Positions 51,262 through 61,875 are shown, numbered from the stretch's first letter. The stretch is DNA of 64,000 nt from Terriglobia bacterium (GCA_965198225.1 CBDAOY010000008.1:1216001-1280000); one strand, 5' to 3'. Numbers and translations: made by a program. Notes: generated by a model not told the origin, from the sequence alone.

Positions 51262-53688
51262 ATGGAAAACATTCTGAAGAACCTCCGATATGCAATGCGT
51301 CTGATGGCAAGGGAACCTTTGTTTACCGCGGGCGTCGTCATCACACTGGCGCTCGGGATCGGCGCGAACACGGCCGTGTTCACCGTGGTCAACTCCATCC
51401 TGTTGCGCCCGCTTCCGTACGACGAGCCCGAACGGCTGGTCCGGGTCTGGGAAAACGATCGCATCCGGGGAACCACGCGGGAATGGGCATCTATCCCGGA
51501 TTACTTCGATTTCAAGGAACGGAGCCGCTCGTTCGAGGACATGGGAGGCTACACCGCCGCCGGTATCACCTTCACCGGTCCCGAAGACCTGCCCGAGAGG
51601 ATCGTCAGCTATTCCGTCACGCACAACCTGTTCCCTCTCCTCGGGGTCGCACCGATCGCAGGTCGAGTGTTCCTGGAAGAAGAAGATGTGCCGAGCGGTC
51701 CCCGGGTCGTGATCCTGAGCGAGCACGTCTGGAACCGACGATTCGGGGGCGACATGAACCTGATCGGAAACACCGTGGAAATCGACGGGGCCCAATCCAC
51801 CGTCGTCGGTGTCATGCCCGAAGACTTCGACTTCCCGTTGCCCACGGTCGACGCCTGGATTCCAGTTCAGACGAGTCCCACGACGTCGATCCGAGGGCAA
51901 CACGGCTTCCGGATCTACGGCCGCCTCCGGCCGGGCGTCTCACTCGAGGCGGCACAGGCGGAAATGACGGCAATCGCGGGGCAACTCGAGGAAGAGTACC
52001 CGAACGACAACCTCGGCCGCGGCGTCGACGTCGTGTCGATGCAGGAAGACATCACGGGCAACGTCCGCCCGGCCTTGCTGCTCTTCCTCGCCGCAGTCGG
52101 ATTTGTGTTGCTGATCGCCACCGCCAACGTGGCCAACCTGCTGCTGGCACGTTCAGCAGGCCGGACGAGAGAGGTGGCGATTCGAAGGGCGCTCGGCGCG
52201 CGTGCCTCGCAGCTCGTGACGCAGTTGTTGACCGAGAGCGTGATCCTCTCGCTCATCGGCGCGCTCGTGGGCACCGCGTTCGCCTACGCGGCGCTGCGCC
52301 TGCTTGTCACCTTCGATGTCGGTAACCTTCCTCGGCTGCAGGAGCTGGCGCTGGACGGGCGCATCCTGATTTTCACGCTGCTCGTGTCGCTGGCGACTGG
52401 CCTCCTGTTCGGGCTCGCACCGGCCCTGAACGCGGCTCGGGGCCGGACCAGCGAGGCGCTCAAAGAACGCGGCCGGGGCTCGGACGGCGCCGGGCCCGGA
52501 CGCGGGCGGATACGCCACCTCCTCGTCGTCGGTGAGATCGCTCTGGCGGTGCTCCTCGTCATCGGGGCGGGACTGCTCATCCGGAGTTTTTGGAGTCTTC
52601 TGGAAGTGGATCCCGGCTTCAACCCGGACAGACTCGTCAAGTTTCAGTTTCAACTGCCCGCCAACCGGTACCCCCAGGACTTTGGAAACTTCCCAAACTG
52701 GGAAACCATCATCGCATTCCAAAACGAGTTGACCGATCGCGTCCGGCCGCTGCCAGGCGTCGACTCCATGGCGCAGGGCTACAGCCATCCTCTGGATTCG
52801 GGTTTCACGACCCGGTTCTCAGTGGAAGGGCAGCCGCCGGTCCCACCCGGTGAGCAGGAAGAGGTCCGCGTTCGGGCCGTCAGCGCCGACTACCTCCGAA
52901 CCGTGGGAATACCGTTGATCCGGGGCAGGCAGTTCGACGGACGGGATCATCCCGACGCCGTTCGCGTGGCGATGATCAACGATGCATTCCGCCGACGCTA
53001 CATCCCCGACGAAGACCCAATCGGCAAGAACATCCAGATATTCGGCCGCCCCTACCAGCTCGTCGGGATCGTGGGCGACGTCAAATTCCTAGGACTCGGT
53101 AACGCGGTTGCTCCCGCGCTCTACCCTCACATCGACCAGTTCCCTTTCGGTTTCTCCAGCCTCCTGATTCGAACGGGGATGGAACCGGCGCAACTGATTC
53201 CTTCCGTGCAGGCCCAGGTTCGGGAAATAGACCCACAGTTGGCCGTCTACCAGATCCAGACGATGGACGAACTCCTGTCCGGCTCCATCGCCCGGCCGCG
53301 GTTCAACATGTGGCTGCTTGCAACCTTTGCCGCCGTCACCCTGGCCCTGGCTGGCGTGGGCGTCTACGGGGTTATGGCGTATTCAGTCGCCCGGCGGACT
53401 CATGAGATCGGAGTTCGGATGGCGCTCGGAGCGGCTCGGCGGGACGTCGTCGGAATGGTGCTGAAACAGGGGTTGGGTCTGACGGCTGTAGGAACGGCAC
53501 TGGGATTGGCCGGTGCTTACGGCCTGACCCGGCTGATGTCGAGCCTGCTCTTCGGCGTCGAAGCAACCGATCCCCGAACGTTCATGGCGGTGGCTCTCGT
53601 CCTGGCACTGGTTGCGCTCATCGCCAGCTACGTTCCGGCACACCGCGCGATGCGGGTCGATCCCATGGTCGCGCTGCGATACGAATAG
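51262..53688 (+). CDS. ADOP-like permease
   Basis: '[12 protein letters not shown]', '[10 protein letters not shown]', 'RTHEIGVRMALGA', 'VDPMVALRYE'. Confidence 0.93.
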   Translation: MENILKNLRYAMRLMAREPLFTAGVVITLALGIGANTAVFTVVNSILLRPLPYDEPERLVRVWENDRIRGTTREWASIPDYFDFKERSRSFEDMGGYTAAGITFTGPEDLPERIVSYSVTHNLFPLLGVAPIAGRVFLEEEDVPSGPRVVILSEHVWNRRFGGDMNLIGNTVEIDGAQSTVVGVMPEDFDFPLPTVDAWIPVQTSPTTSIRGQHGFRIYGRLRPGVSLEAAQAEMTAIAGQLEEEYPNDNLGRGVDVVSMQEDITGNVRPALLLFLAAVGFVLLIATANVANLLLARSAGRTREVAIRRALGARASQLVTQLLTESVILSLIGALVGTAFAYAALRLLVTFDVGNLPRLQELALDGRILIFTLLVSLATGLLFGLAPALNAARGRTSEALKERGRGSDGAGPGRGRIRHLLVVGEIALAVLLVIGAGLLIRSFWSLLEVDPGFNPDRLVKFQFQLPANRYPQDFGNFPNWETIIAFQNELTDRVRPLPGVDSMAQGYSHPLDSGFTTRFSVEGQPPVPPGEQEEVRVRAVSADYLRTVGIPLIRGRQFDGRDHPDAVRVAMINDAFRRRYIPDEDPIGKNIQIFGRPYQLVGIVGDVKFLGLGNAVAPALYPHIDQFPFGFSSLLIRTGMEPAQLIPSVQAQVREIDPQLAVYQIQTMDELLSGSIARPRFNMWLLATFAAVTLALAGVGVYGVMAYSVARRTHEIGVRMALGAARRDVVGMVLKQGLGLTAVGTALGLAGAYGLTRLMSSLLFGVEATDPRTFMAVALVLALVALIASYVPAHRAMRVDPMVALRYE

Positions 53689-53697
53689 GAGGTTCCG

Positions 53698-53886
53698 TTG
53701 AACGGTCTTCTGCAGGACATTCGATACGGCGCTAAGAATCCGGGCTTCGCGGCGGTCGCACTGCTGGCTCTCGCCCTGGGCATCGGCGCCAACACTGCGA
53801 TCTTCACACTCGTCCACGCTGTTCTCAGGGGCTGCTGCTCGCCGTGGCAGGCGTGGGAGTTGGTCTGGTCGCCGCCTTCTTGTTAA
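53698..53886 (+). pseudogene. Collapsed remnant of an ADOP-like permease
   Basis: N-terminal '[24 protein letters not shown]' joined to a C-terminal-type segment '[18 protein letters not shown]' in another frame. Confidence 0.78.
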
Positions 53887-55052
53887 TGAGAACACCGAAA
53901 ATCATTGCCGGAATGTTCCTGGTGGCCACTCTGACGGTGACTGCCTGTTCACCCGACAACAGGGTGGCCTCCCTTCCAGGGCCGGACGAGAGACTTCAGG
54001 GGGTTGACCGAGCGGTATCAGCCTATATGGCCGAGCAGCAGGTGCCCGGCTTATCCCTGGCGATTGTCGACAACAACGAAATCATCTTCAATTCCGGATT
54101 CGGAAAGGCAGATCTGGAAAGCGGTTCCAACGTCGATACCGCTACGGTTTTCCGAGTCGCTTCCCTTACGAAGGCGATGACGGCAACGGCAATACTGCTG
54201 CTATCAAATGACGGCGAGCTCGATCTCGACGCCCCCGTCCAGGAGTATTGCGCGACCTTCGGTCAAAAGCGCTGGCCCGTGACGGCCCGACTGCTCCTCT
54301 CCCACCTCGGCGGCGTCCGCCACTACGCGGACGGCTCCAATGAGTTCCGCAACACCACTCACTTCACCAGCGTCGGAGAAGCGCTCGACGTGTTCAAGGA
54401 TGATCCCCTTCTGCACGAACCCGGCACGGCTTTCGAATACTCCAGCTTCGGTTACGACCTCCTCGGATGCGCCATCGAAGGCGCTTCGGGGCTTAGCTTT
54501 TCCGAGTATCTGGACGAGCACGTCTTCAGCCCGGCCGGAATGACCCGCACGATGCCCGACAACATCTACCAGGTGATACCCAACCGGACGCGAGGCTACA
54601 TGTCGATGAGCGATGCCTCGGCCCAGTTCTGGCCGGATCGCTACAAGGAATTCATGACCCCAGGCGAGATACATCACGCCGACCTCTACGACGCCAGCAT
54701 CAACTACGCCGGCGGTGGCCTGCTGTCGACCTCTGGTGACCTGGCCCGGTTCGTCCTAGCCTATCAGTCCGGCCGACTCGTCAGCGATGAAACGCGGCAT
54801 GAAATGTGGACCGTTCAGGAAACGACGGCGGGCGAAGCAACCACCTGGGGTCTTGGTTGGATCATCGCGGACATGAACGGCGAGGAACAGATACCGAGAC
54901 TGTCGGGCAGCAACTCGGGCGTCTCCTCCGGAATGGTCCTGCTTCCGGAGCAGGACTTTGCCGTGGTCGTTCTGACCAACCTGGAATTCATCGACACCTA
55001 CCCGCTGATCGTCACCATCGGACGCCTCTTCGGACATTTTCCTGAAGAATAA
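53886..55052 (+). CDS. Serine hydrolase (class C beta-lactamase/esterase-like), probable lipoprotein
   Basis: 'FRVASLTK', 'LLSHLGG', 'PGTAFEYSS', 'AGGGLLST', 'VVVLTN'; lipobox 'VTAC'. Confidence 0.9.
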   Translation: MRTPKIIAGMFLVATLTVTACSPDNRVASLPGPDERLQGVDRAVSAYMAEQQVPGLSLAIVDNNEIIFNSGFGKADLESGSNVDTATVFRVASLTKAMTATAILLLSNDGELDLDAPVQEYCATFGQKRWPVTARLLLSHLGGVRHYADGSNEFRNTTHFTSVGEALDVFKDDPLLHEPGTAFEYSSFGYDLLGCAIEGASGLSFSEYLDEHVFSPAGMTRTMPDNIYQVIPNRTRGYMSMSDASAQFWPDRYKEFMTPGEIHHADLYDASINYAGGGLLSTSGDLARFVLAYQSGRLVSDETRHEMWTVQETTAGEATTWGLGWIIADMNGEEQIPRLSGSNSGVSSGMVLLPEQDFAVVVLTNLEFIDTYPLIVTIGRLFGHFPEE

Positions 55053-55094
55053 GAAGATTACCCGCGGAGGCACACCACGGAGAACAAGTCGCTA

Positions 55095-55253
55095 AGCGGA
55101 ATGGTCCGTCAGAGAGCCACTGTGGGGGAGACAGGGGCCTGGCCCTGGCCCCGGGCGTTCGCTTAAGCGGAAAAATCGACGGGCGCCGCCACATTTTCGT
55201 CCCCACTCTCATTCTCGCAGGACATTCCGGTGGATCTTGCCGCTGACTGTCTT
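55095..55253. repeat. Diverged direct repeat of 59857-60022 (3' end and downstream region of the acyl-CoA synthetase gene)
   Basis: Shared blocks agcggaatgg.ccgt.agagagccactgtg, the REP-like hairpin, and cgcaggacattccgg.ggatcttgccgctgac. Confidence 0.85.
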
Positions 55254-55329
55254 TAGACTAACCGGAGATTCGACTCTTATAGGATAATCCAGCTACCCTC
55301 ACGCAGCACTTTTGACCCCATGATGCGAA

Positions 55330-55520
55330 AAGACGGTGGCTGTTTTTCTGACTTCAATCTGAATGCGGGAGTGGGCCTGCGCAAGCTGAAACGCAACGGG
55401 GGCCGCGTTCTGGCGCAGGACGAAGCCAGCAGCGTCGTATTCGGCTTCCTGGCGAGACGGTGGCGCAGCGCCTGGCCGACCAGATGATACCCCTGACAAG
55501 ATACCGCAGACCCTGACAGC
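55330..55520 (+). pseudogene. CheB methylesterase C-terminal remnant
   Basis: From 55371: 'VGLRKLKRNGGRVLAQDEASSVVFG', then after a frameshift 'PGETVAQRLADQMIPL'. Confidence 0.75.
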
Positions 55521-55678
55521 CCCGGTAAACGACTCGTCCCGGCCGGTGGGGTGGAAGGTAGGGCTGAATGCGGAACTGCTTCCGGTGGGCTCCATTGGCC
55601 GGTGACAACCAACGGTGACGGGCTGAACCCCGGATCTGCAAACATATGCACGTGACGCCGTAAAAGGGAGTCGATGAG

Positions 55679-56977
55679 ATGCCGAAGATAACGCGTCCGA
55701 AAGAGGCCCCGAAAGCGGCGGTAGTCCGCAACCTCGAGCGGGAAATGATTGAGGTGCAAGGCACCGGTACCTTTGAGGAGGCGCTGCACCTCCTTGCCCT
55801 CCAAGCCAGGCTGATCGTTGGCGCACACCAGTCCGCTCTGAGTTATATCCCCGATGGAAACTTCAAAGCCGCCACGCATACGCACTCTTTTTCCGATAAA
55901 TACAGAAAATACGACACCTATGACGTGATGCCGACGGGCGGAGGGATCTGGGGGCTGATTGTAGAAAATCGCATCCCTGTGAGAATGACCCAAGAGGAAC
56001 TCATTTCTCATCCAAGTTGGAAGGAGTTCAGCGGCCTGAAGGACGAACGAGGTCTGGAACATCCTGCAATGCGCGGGTGGCTGGCAGTGCCCATCCTTCG
56101 GCAAGATGGAGGTTTTATCGGAGTTCTCCAGTTAAGCGATAAGCTTGAAGGAGATTTTACTGAAGATGACCAGGAGGAACTGCGCCGTCTCGGGGACCTG
56201 GTCAGACCGACGTTTGAACTCCGGTATCTGAATGAGGAGCTCCAGAAGCATGCAGCCGAACTGGAGTTTAGCAACAAAGAACTGGAAGCTTTCACTTATT
56301 CCGTATCTCACGACCTGCGAGCCCCCCTCCGGCACATTCACGGATATACCAAGATCCTCGTAGACGAATATGGCGCGAACCTCCCGGATGAAGGATTACA
56401 GTTTCTCGAGCAAATCCGAAACAGCGCGTTACGGATGGACGGGCTCATAGGGGATCTGCTCGACCTGTCCCGCATCGGAAGGGAGAAGCCGAGCCTCCAA
56501 GCAACTGGATTGAATACACTGGTAGAGGAAGCTTTGTCCGAGCTGAGGGACGCAACCGAAGGGCGACGGATCGAATGGAAGGTTGCTAGCTTGCCGTTTC
56601 TGGTATGTGATCCCGGCTTGATGCGACAGGTTTTTCGGAACCTGTTGTCGAACGCCGTTAAGTTCACGCGCCCACATGAGACGGCAACGATTCAAGTTGG
56701 GATGGAAATCCTGAACGAGGAGCAAGTCTTCTTCGTACGTGACGACGGCGTGGGATTCGACATGAGGTTCGCCGACAAGCTGTTCGGGGTTTTCCAACGG
56801 CTTCACCGTCAGGAAGATTTTGAAGGGACGGGAATCGGACTGGCCATCGTCGGGCGTATCATCCACAACCACGGTGGCCGAGTGTGGGCTGAGGCTGAGC
56901 TGAACCGAGGGGCCACTGTTTACTTTACATGCGGACCACCAGGGAACCAGCAGACATCGCGGGGAGAGGGCTTATGA
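55679..56977 (+). CDS. GAF-domain sensor histidine kinase
   Basis: GAF ('WLAVPI..GVLQL'); H-box 'YSVSHDLRAPLR'; 'NLLSNAVKF', 'DDGVGFD', 'GTGIGLA'. Confidence 0.93.
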   Translation: MPKITRPKEAPKAAVVRNLEREMIEVQGTGTFEEALHLLALQARLIVGAHQSALSYIPDGNFKAATHTHSFSDKYRKYDTYDVMPTGGGIWGLIVENRIPVRMTQEELISHPSWKEFSGLKDERGLEHPAMRGWLAVPILRQDGGFIGVLQLSDKLEGDFTEDDQEELRRLGDLVRPTFELRYLNEELQKHAAELEFSNKELEAFTYSVSHDLRAPLRHIHGYTKILVDEYGANLPDEGLQFLEQIRNSALRMDGLIGDLLDLSRIGREKPSLQATGLNTLVEEALSELRDATEGRRIEWKVASLPFLVCDPGLMRQVFRNLLSNAVKFTRPHETATIQVGMEILNEEQVFFVRDDGVGFDMRFADKLFGVFQRLHRQEDFEGTGIGLAIVGRIIHNHGGRVWAEAELNRGATVYFTCGPPGNQQTSRGEGL

Positions 56978-57417
56978 GAGAAGAAGGCAGGGTTGTTTTA
57001 GTCGAGGACAATCCCAACGACATCGAGTTGACCTTACGAAGCTGGAGTCGGCACCCGCGGACGTATCCTGTGCATGTCTTGAGAGACGGCCAGGAAGCCC
57101 TCGATTTTCTGTTCCGCGAAGGGCAGCACGAAGGGCGGGCCGCTGGGGAGCCTCCCAAACTGATCCTGCTGGACCTGAAACTCCCGAAGGTGGATGGTCT
57201 GGAAGTGCTTCGTCGGATCAAGGAAGATCCCCGGACTCGGATGATTCCCGTGGTGGTTTTCTCATCGTCGAACCAAGAAGCCGACCTACTCGAGAGCTAC
57301 AAGCTCGGAGTCAATAGTTTTGTTCAAAAGCCGATCGATTTTACGGCCTTTCAGGCAGTCGTGAAACAGTTGCAACCTTACTGGATGGAAACAAACCAGG
57401 TTGCCTCGAACCACTGA
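56974..57417 (+). CDS. Single-domain response regulator (Rcp1-like)
   Basis: 'LVEDNPND', 'LILLDLKLPKVDG', 'NSFVQKP'. Confidence 0.93.
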   Translation: MREEGRVVLVEDNPNDIELTLRSWSRHPRTYPVHVLRDGQEALDFLFREGQHEGRAAGEPPKLILLDLKLPKVDGLEVLRRIKEDPRTRMIPVVVFSSSNQEADLLESYKLGVNSFVQKPIDFTAFQAVVKQLQPYWMETNQVASNH

Positions 57418-57435
57418 GTGTTTGACTCAGGTGCC

Positions 57436-59752
57436 ATGACGGAACAAATCCCTGGATCACCCTTGGAAGGGTCCGAACCTCAAGCGGTCCCCATCCGTAT
57501 CCTCTGGGTGGAGGACTCCCCAACCGACATCGATCTGGGGGAGCGGGAATTGAAGAAAGCGGGCATCGAGGTGGAGAGCGAGGTCGTCGAAACGCTGGAC
57601 GATCTTGTGGCACACCTCGAGGCAGCAACCTACGATGTCATCTTGTCGGACCACGGGCTCCCCGGATGGACGGGGATGGAGGCTCTCGAGCAGGTCCGAC
57701 AGGCCGGCAAGGACATCCCCTTCATTGTGGTGACGGGGGCCCTAGGCGATGAGGCGGCGGTGGACTACATCAGGAAAGGGGCCTCGAACTATGTTCTCAA
57801 AAAGAATCTACAGCGTCTGCCCCTGGCCGTTCGCCAGACCTTGATCGAGCAATCCCTGCGCCGGGCCCGGGCCCGTGCACAGGAGGCGCTGCGGATCAGT
57901 GAGGAGCGTTTCCGCCTGCTGGCCGAAAACGCACGCGACACCATTTACCGCTACCGGATCAAGCCGAACCCCGGGCTGGACTACGTCACTCGGTAGTGAT
58001 GCTGACGGGCTACACTCGGAGGAATACTATGCGAACCCCGGGCTGGCGTACAGGCTGGTGCATCCAGACGATCGAGGGCTGCTTGAACAGGCCCCGGAAG
58101 AATCGGCGGGGAAATCCGTCACTCTGAGATGGCGCCGGAAAGACGGACGATTTATCTGGGCCGAGCAACGAAACGGGGCGGTCTATGACAAGTCCGGAAC
58201 TCTTGTGGCGATCGAGGGCATCATCCGGGACACCACCGAACGCAAGGGACTGCTGGACAAAGCGCATCGACTGGCTGCCATTGTCGAAGCATCCGAGGAC
58301 GCCATCATTGGTCTGGCGCGAGATGGCACGATCACCACGTGGAATCCAGGCGCCGAGAAAATGTTTGGCTATAAGGCCGCGGAACTGGAAAGACGCTCTA
58401 TCGCGTTGTTGGCGCCATCGGACCTGAAACAGGAACGATTCCGGCTGGCCCGAAAGATGATCGGGGGTGAACAAGTCGTCCAACATGAAATGAGAGGGAC
58501 CCGAAAAGACGGCGAAGAAGTCTGGCTGTCGTTAAGCGCCTCACCTATCCGGGGGGAAGACGGCAGGATTGAGAGCTTTTCGGTAACGGCCCGCGACATT
58601 ACCGCACACAGACTGGTGGAGCAGCAGCTTCGACAGGCTCAAAAGATGGAGGCGGTGGGACGACTCGTCGGCGGAGTCGCCCACGATTTCAACAATCGAC
58701 TGACTGTGATAATCGGCGTTCTTCAGATGCTCGAACGGACCGATGAAGAAGGTGCGCAGTGGGTTCGAACTGCTGCGCGGGCGGCGGCGGGCGGCGCGGA
58801 ACTCATCAGTAGGCTCCTCGCCTTCTCAAGGCAGCAGGTGTTGGAACCCAAGGTGATTGTTTTCGAAGAGGCCTTGGAGGAGATTTGCGAGCTCCTTCGA
58901 AGAACCATCGGGGAAAACGTCGAGCTGAAAACCGCGTGGAGCGATGAGGCATGGAAAATCCGCGTGGATGGTGCTCAGTTTGAAGCCGCTATACTCAACC
59001 TGGCCCTCAATGCCAAGGATGCCATGCCAAAAGGCGGCCGATTGACGATTGAAACGGCCGAGGTCCACCTGAATGAGGACTACGCGCGGGCAAATGCGGA
59101 AATGGCACCCGGTTCCTACGTGATCGTGGCGGTCCGTGATACTGGAAAAGGCATTGCCCCCGAGCATCTGGGCCAAGTCTTCGAGCCGTTTTTTACGACC
59201 AAGGAAACCGGCGAAGGAACCGGCCTGGGGCTCAGCATGGTCCATGGCTTCATCAAACAATCTCGCGGCCATGTCGAGATTTGCAGCGAGCCGGGAGAGG
59301 GTACGGAAGTTAAGCTCTATTTTCCCAGATCTAGGGAGCCTGTCGATCCGAAGGAGAAAGCAACTGGCTCGACCATGCCTCGTGGCGAAGAAACCATCCT
59401 GGTAGTGGAGGACGACTCTGACGTACGCGAAACCGTCGTCAAGTCTCTGAAAGATCTCGGTTATGCGGTTCTGGAAGCCAATGATGGGGAATCGGCGATC
59501 GAAATCGTCAACGGCGATCGCCAGATAGATTTGCTCTTCACCGACGTCGTCCTGTCAGGACAGATGGACGGGTTCACGCTGGCGCGAGAGGCGCAGGAAG
59601 TGAGATCGGGGCTCAAGGTTTTGTACACATCAGGATATGTAAGGAGTGACTTTTTCGAAGAAATAGAATCTGAAGGACGGTCCGCCCTGCTCGTCAAGCC
59701 ATATCGGGAGGAGGCTCTGGCAGCTAGGGTCCGTGAAGCTCTCGACGTCTGA
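57436..59752 (+). CDS. Hybrid REC-PAS-PAS-HisKA-HATPase-REC kinase, frameshifted at about 57990-58020
   Basis: ORF 57418-57996 (REC) and 57875-59752 (PAS, 'AHDFNN', 'FEPFFTTK', REC) are linked through a third-frame segment 'VMLTGYT'. Confidence 0.87.
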
Positions 59753-59962
59753 CCGCGGCACGGAGATACACAGCCCGGTGAAGGCCAGTCAGTGCTAATC
59801 AGATTCAGGACCTCGTCTAGTGGCCTCTAACAGTGCCTGTCCCTATTTTTTTCACGAGCGGAATGGCCCGTAAGAGAGCCACTGTGAGGGGGACAGGGCC
59901 TGGCCCTGTCCCCGGGTGTTGACTAAGCAGAAAGGTCGACGATCGCAGACCGCGCTACATTC

Positions 59963-61585
59963 TCACTTCCCCCACTCTCTCTGCCGCAGGACATTCCGGC
60001 GGATCTTGCCGCTGACGGTCTTGGGCAGTGTGTCGACGAATTCGATCTTTCTGGGGTACTTGTAGGGCGCGGTGTGTTCCTTCACGAATTCCTGCAGTTG
60101 GGCCGCCAGCGCCTCGCCGGGTTCCCACCCGGCGGTAAGGACGACGAATGCTTTGACGACTTCGCCACGAACTTCGTCCGGGCTGGATACGACGGCCGAC
60201 TCGGCCACGGCGTCGTGTTCGAGCAGCGCGCTCTCGACTTCGAACGGACCGATCCGGTAACCGGCCGACAGGATCACGTCGTCCGCCCGCCCGACAAACC
60301 ACAGGTAGCCTTCACGGTCGCGGCAGGCTCGATCGCCGGTGACGTACCAGTCGCCTCGGTAGACTGCCGCTGTTCGTTCCGGGGCTTTCCAGTATTCCTT
60401 GAAGAGACCAGCCGGCCGATCCGGCTTCACCCGGACGGCGATGTCGCCTTCCTGGTCGTCGGGGACGATTTCACCCTGGTCATCGATGACCTGGACGTCG
60501 AAACCAGGTACGGGCTTCCCCATCGAGCCTGGGCGCATCTCCATGCATTTGTAGTTTCCGACGAGGATGACCGTTTCGGTCTGGCCGTACCCGTCACAGA
60601 TCCCGATACCCGTCGCCCGGCGCCACTCATCGATGACCTCGGGGTTCAGAGGTTCCCCGGCAGCGACGCAGTGTCTGAGGGAGGGAAACCGCAACCGGGA
60701 AAGATCTTCCTGGACGAACAGCCGGTAGTGCGTGGGTGCGGCGCAGAAGGTCGTTATCGGATACCGACTGAGCACTTCGAGAGTCCTTTGGGGTTCGAAC
60801 CGTGCTGTGTGGTGGACGAAGATCGCCGCGCCCGTCACCCAGGGGCCAAACAGGGAACTGTAGGCCGCCTTCGCCCAGCCCGTGTCGCTCAGATTCCAGT
60901 GCAGGTCGTCTTCCGTGAGGTCGAGCCAAAACTGCCCCGTAATGCGGTGTGCGAGTGGATAGGATGTATGCGTATGCACGGTCATCTTGGGAGGGCCGGT
61001 CGTTCCCGAGGTGAAGTAGAGGATCGCAACCTCGCCAGCCTCTGTGTCTGCAGCCGGATACTCATCGGAAGCCCCGGCAACAGCATCATCGAAGCTCAAC
61101 CACCCGTCTCGCCGGTCACCGACTATGATTCGTCGCACCGAAGGCGGTTCGATCCCCGACGCGTCGGTCTTGACCGCCCCCTCAACATCCGTGATGACGG
61201 CTTTCGCCTCGGCCGTCTCGACTCGGTATCGGATGTCCTTGCCCGTCAGTTGCGTCGTCCCCGGGCTGATGACCGCTCCCATCCGAAGACAAGCGATGTT
61301 GATCAGCCACCATTCGATCAGGCGGGGGAGCATGACGATGACGACGTCCCCGCGACCGATGCCGGCGTCGGCAAGGGCGCTGGCCACCTTCTGAGACTCC
61401 AGGCTGAGCTCGCGGTATGTCCTCCGGACCTCGCGGCTCGAGTCGTCGTCGACCCAGAGCATCGCCAGCTTGTTCTCGTCCTCGGCCCATCGATCCAGGA
61501 CGTCCCGCACGAAGTTGAACCTCTCTGGAACCTCCAGTCGGAAAGATTGGTACGCGTCCTCGTAGTCGGTCATGTTGGAAGACAT
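59963..61585 (-). CDS. Medium-chain acyl-CoA synthetase (ACSM-like)
   Basis: 'YFTSGTTGPPK', 'SDTGWAK', 'YGQTET', 'GYRIGPFEVES', 'PKTVSGKIRR'; RBS GAGGAG before ATG 61585. Confidence 0.92.
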   Translation of the reverse strand: MSSNMTDYEDAYQSFRLEVPERFNFVRDVLDRWAEDENKLAMLWVDDDSSREVRRTYRELSLESQKVASALADAGIGRGDVVIVMLPRLIEWWLINIACLRMGAVISPGTTQLTGKDIRYRVETAEAKAVITDVEGAVKTDASGIEPPSVRRIIVGDRRDGWLSFDDAVAGASDEYPAADTEAGEVAILYFTSGTTGPPKMTVHTHTSYPLAHRITGQFWLDLTEDDLHWNLSDTGWAKAAYSSLFGPWVTGAAIFVHHTARFEPQRTLEVLSRYPITTFCAAPTHYRLFVQEDLSRLRFPSLRHCVAAGEPLNPEVIDEWRRATGIGICDGYGQTETVILVGNYKCMEMRPGSMGKPVPGFDVQVIDDQGEIVPDDQEGDIAVRVKPDRPAGLFKEYWKAPERTAAVYRGDWYVTGDRACRDREGYLWFVGRADDVILSAGYRIGPFEVESALLEHDAVAESAVVSSPDEVRGEVVKAFVVLTAGWEPGEALAAQLQEFVKEHTAPYKYPRKIEFVDTLPKTVSGKIRRNVLRQREWGK

Positions 61586-61875
61586 ACGTTCTCCTCGAAG
61601 GCACGGCGGCGGTTCAGAGGACTTATGCCACGGGGAAGGCATCAGCGCAACTCCGGCGGCGGGTTTTTGCGGCAGAAGTGACCGGCATCGGAACAAGCGT
61701 TCCCGATTCTTCGCGCTTAACATTCGGAAATTTCTGTCGCCTCGCGCTATTGACGAGAGTCGCTGATTTTTCGAACGCTCTTGGAGAAAACGGATAAATC
61801 GTAGAAAATATAACGACTTCGATCAAGGCTGGCTTCGCCAGAACCTGCAAAAGAGGGGAGACAAAGAAGAAAACG

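Noticed and set aside
55679-57417. Bacteriophytochrome/Rcp1 light-sensing pair
   Set aside because: The kinase has a single GAF and lacks the PAS-GAF-PHY architecture and the DIP motif
57994-57996. TAG in the hybrid kinase as pyrrolysine or readthrough
   Set aside because: It is followed immediately by TGA in the same frame, and homologous sequence continues in other frames
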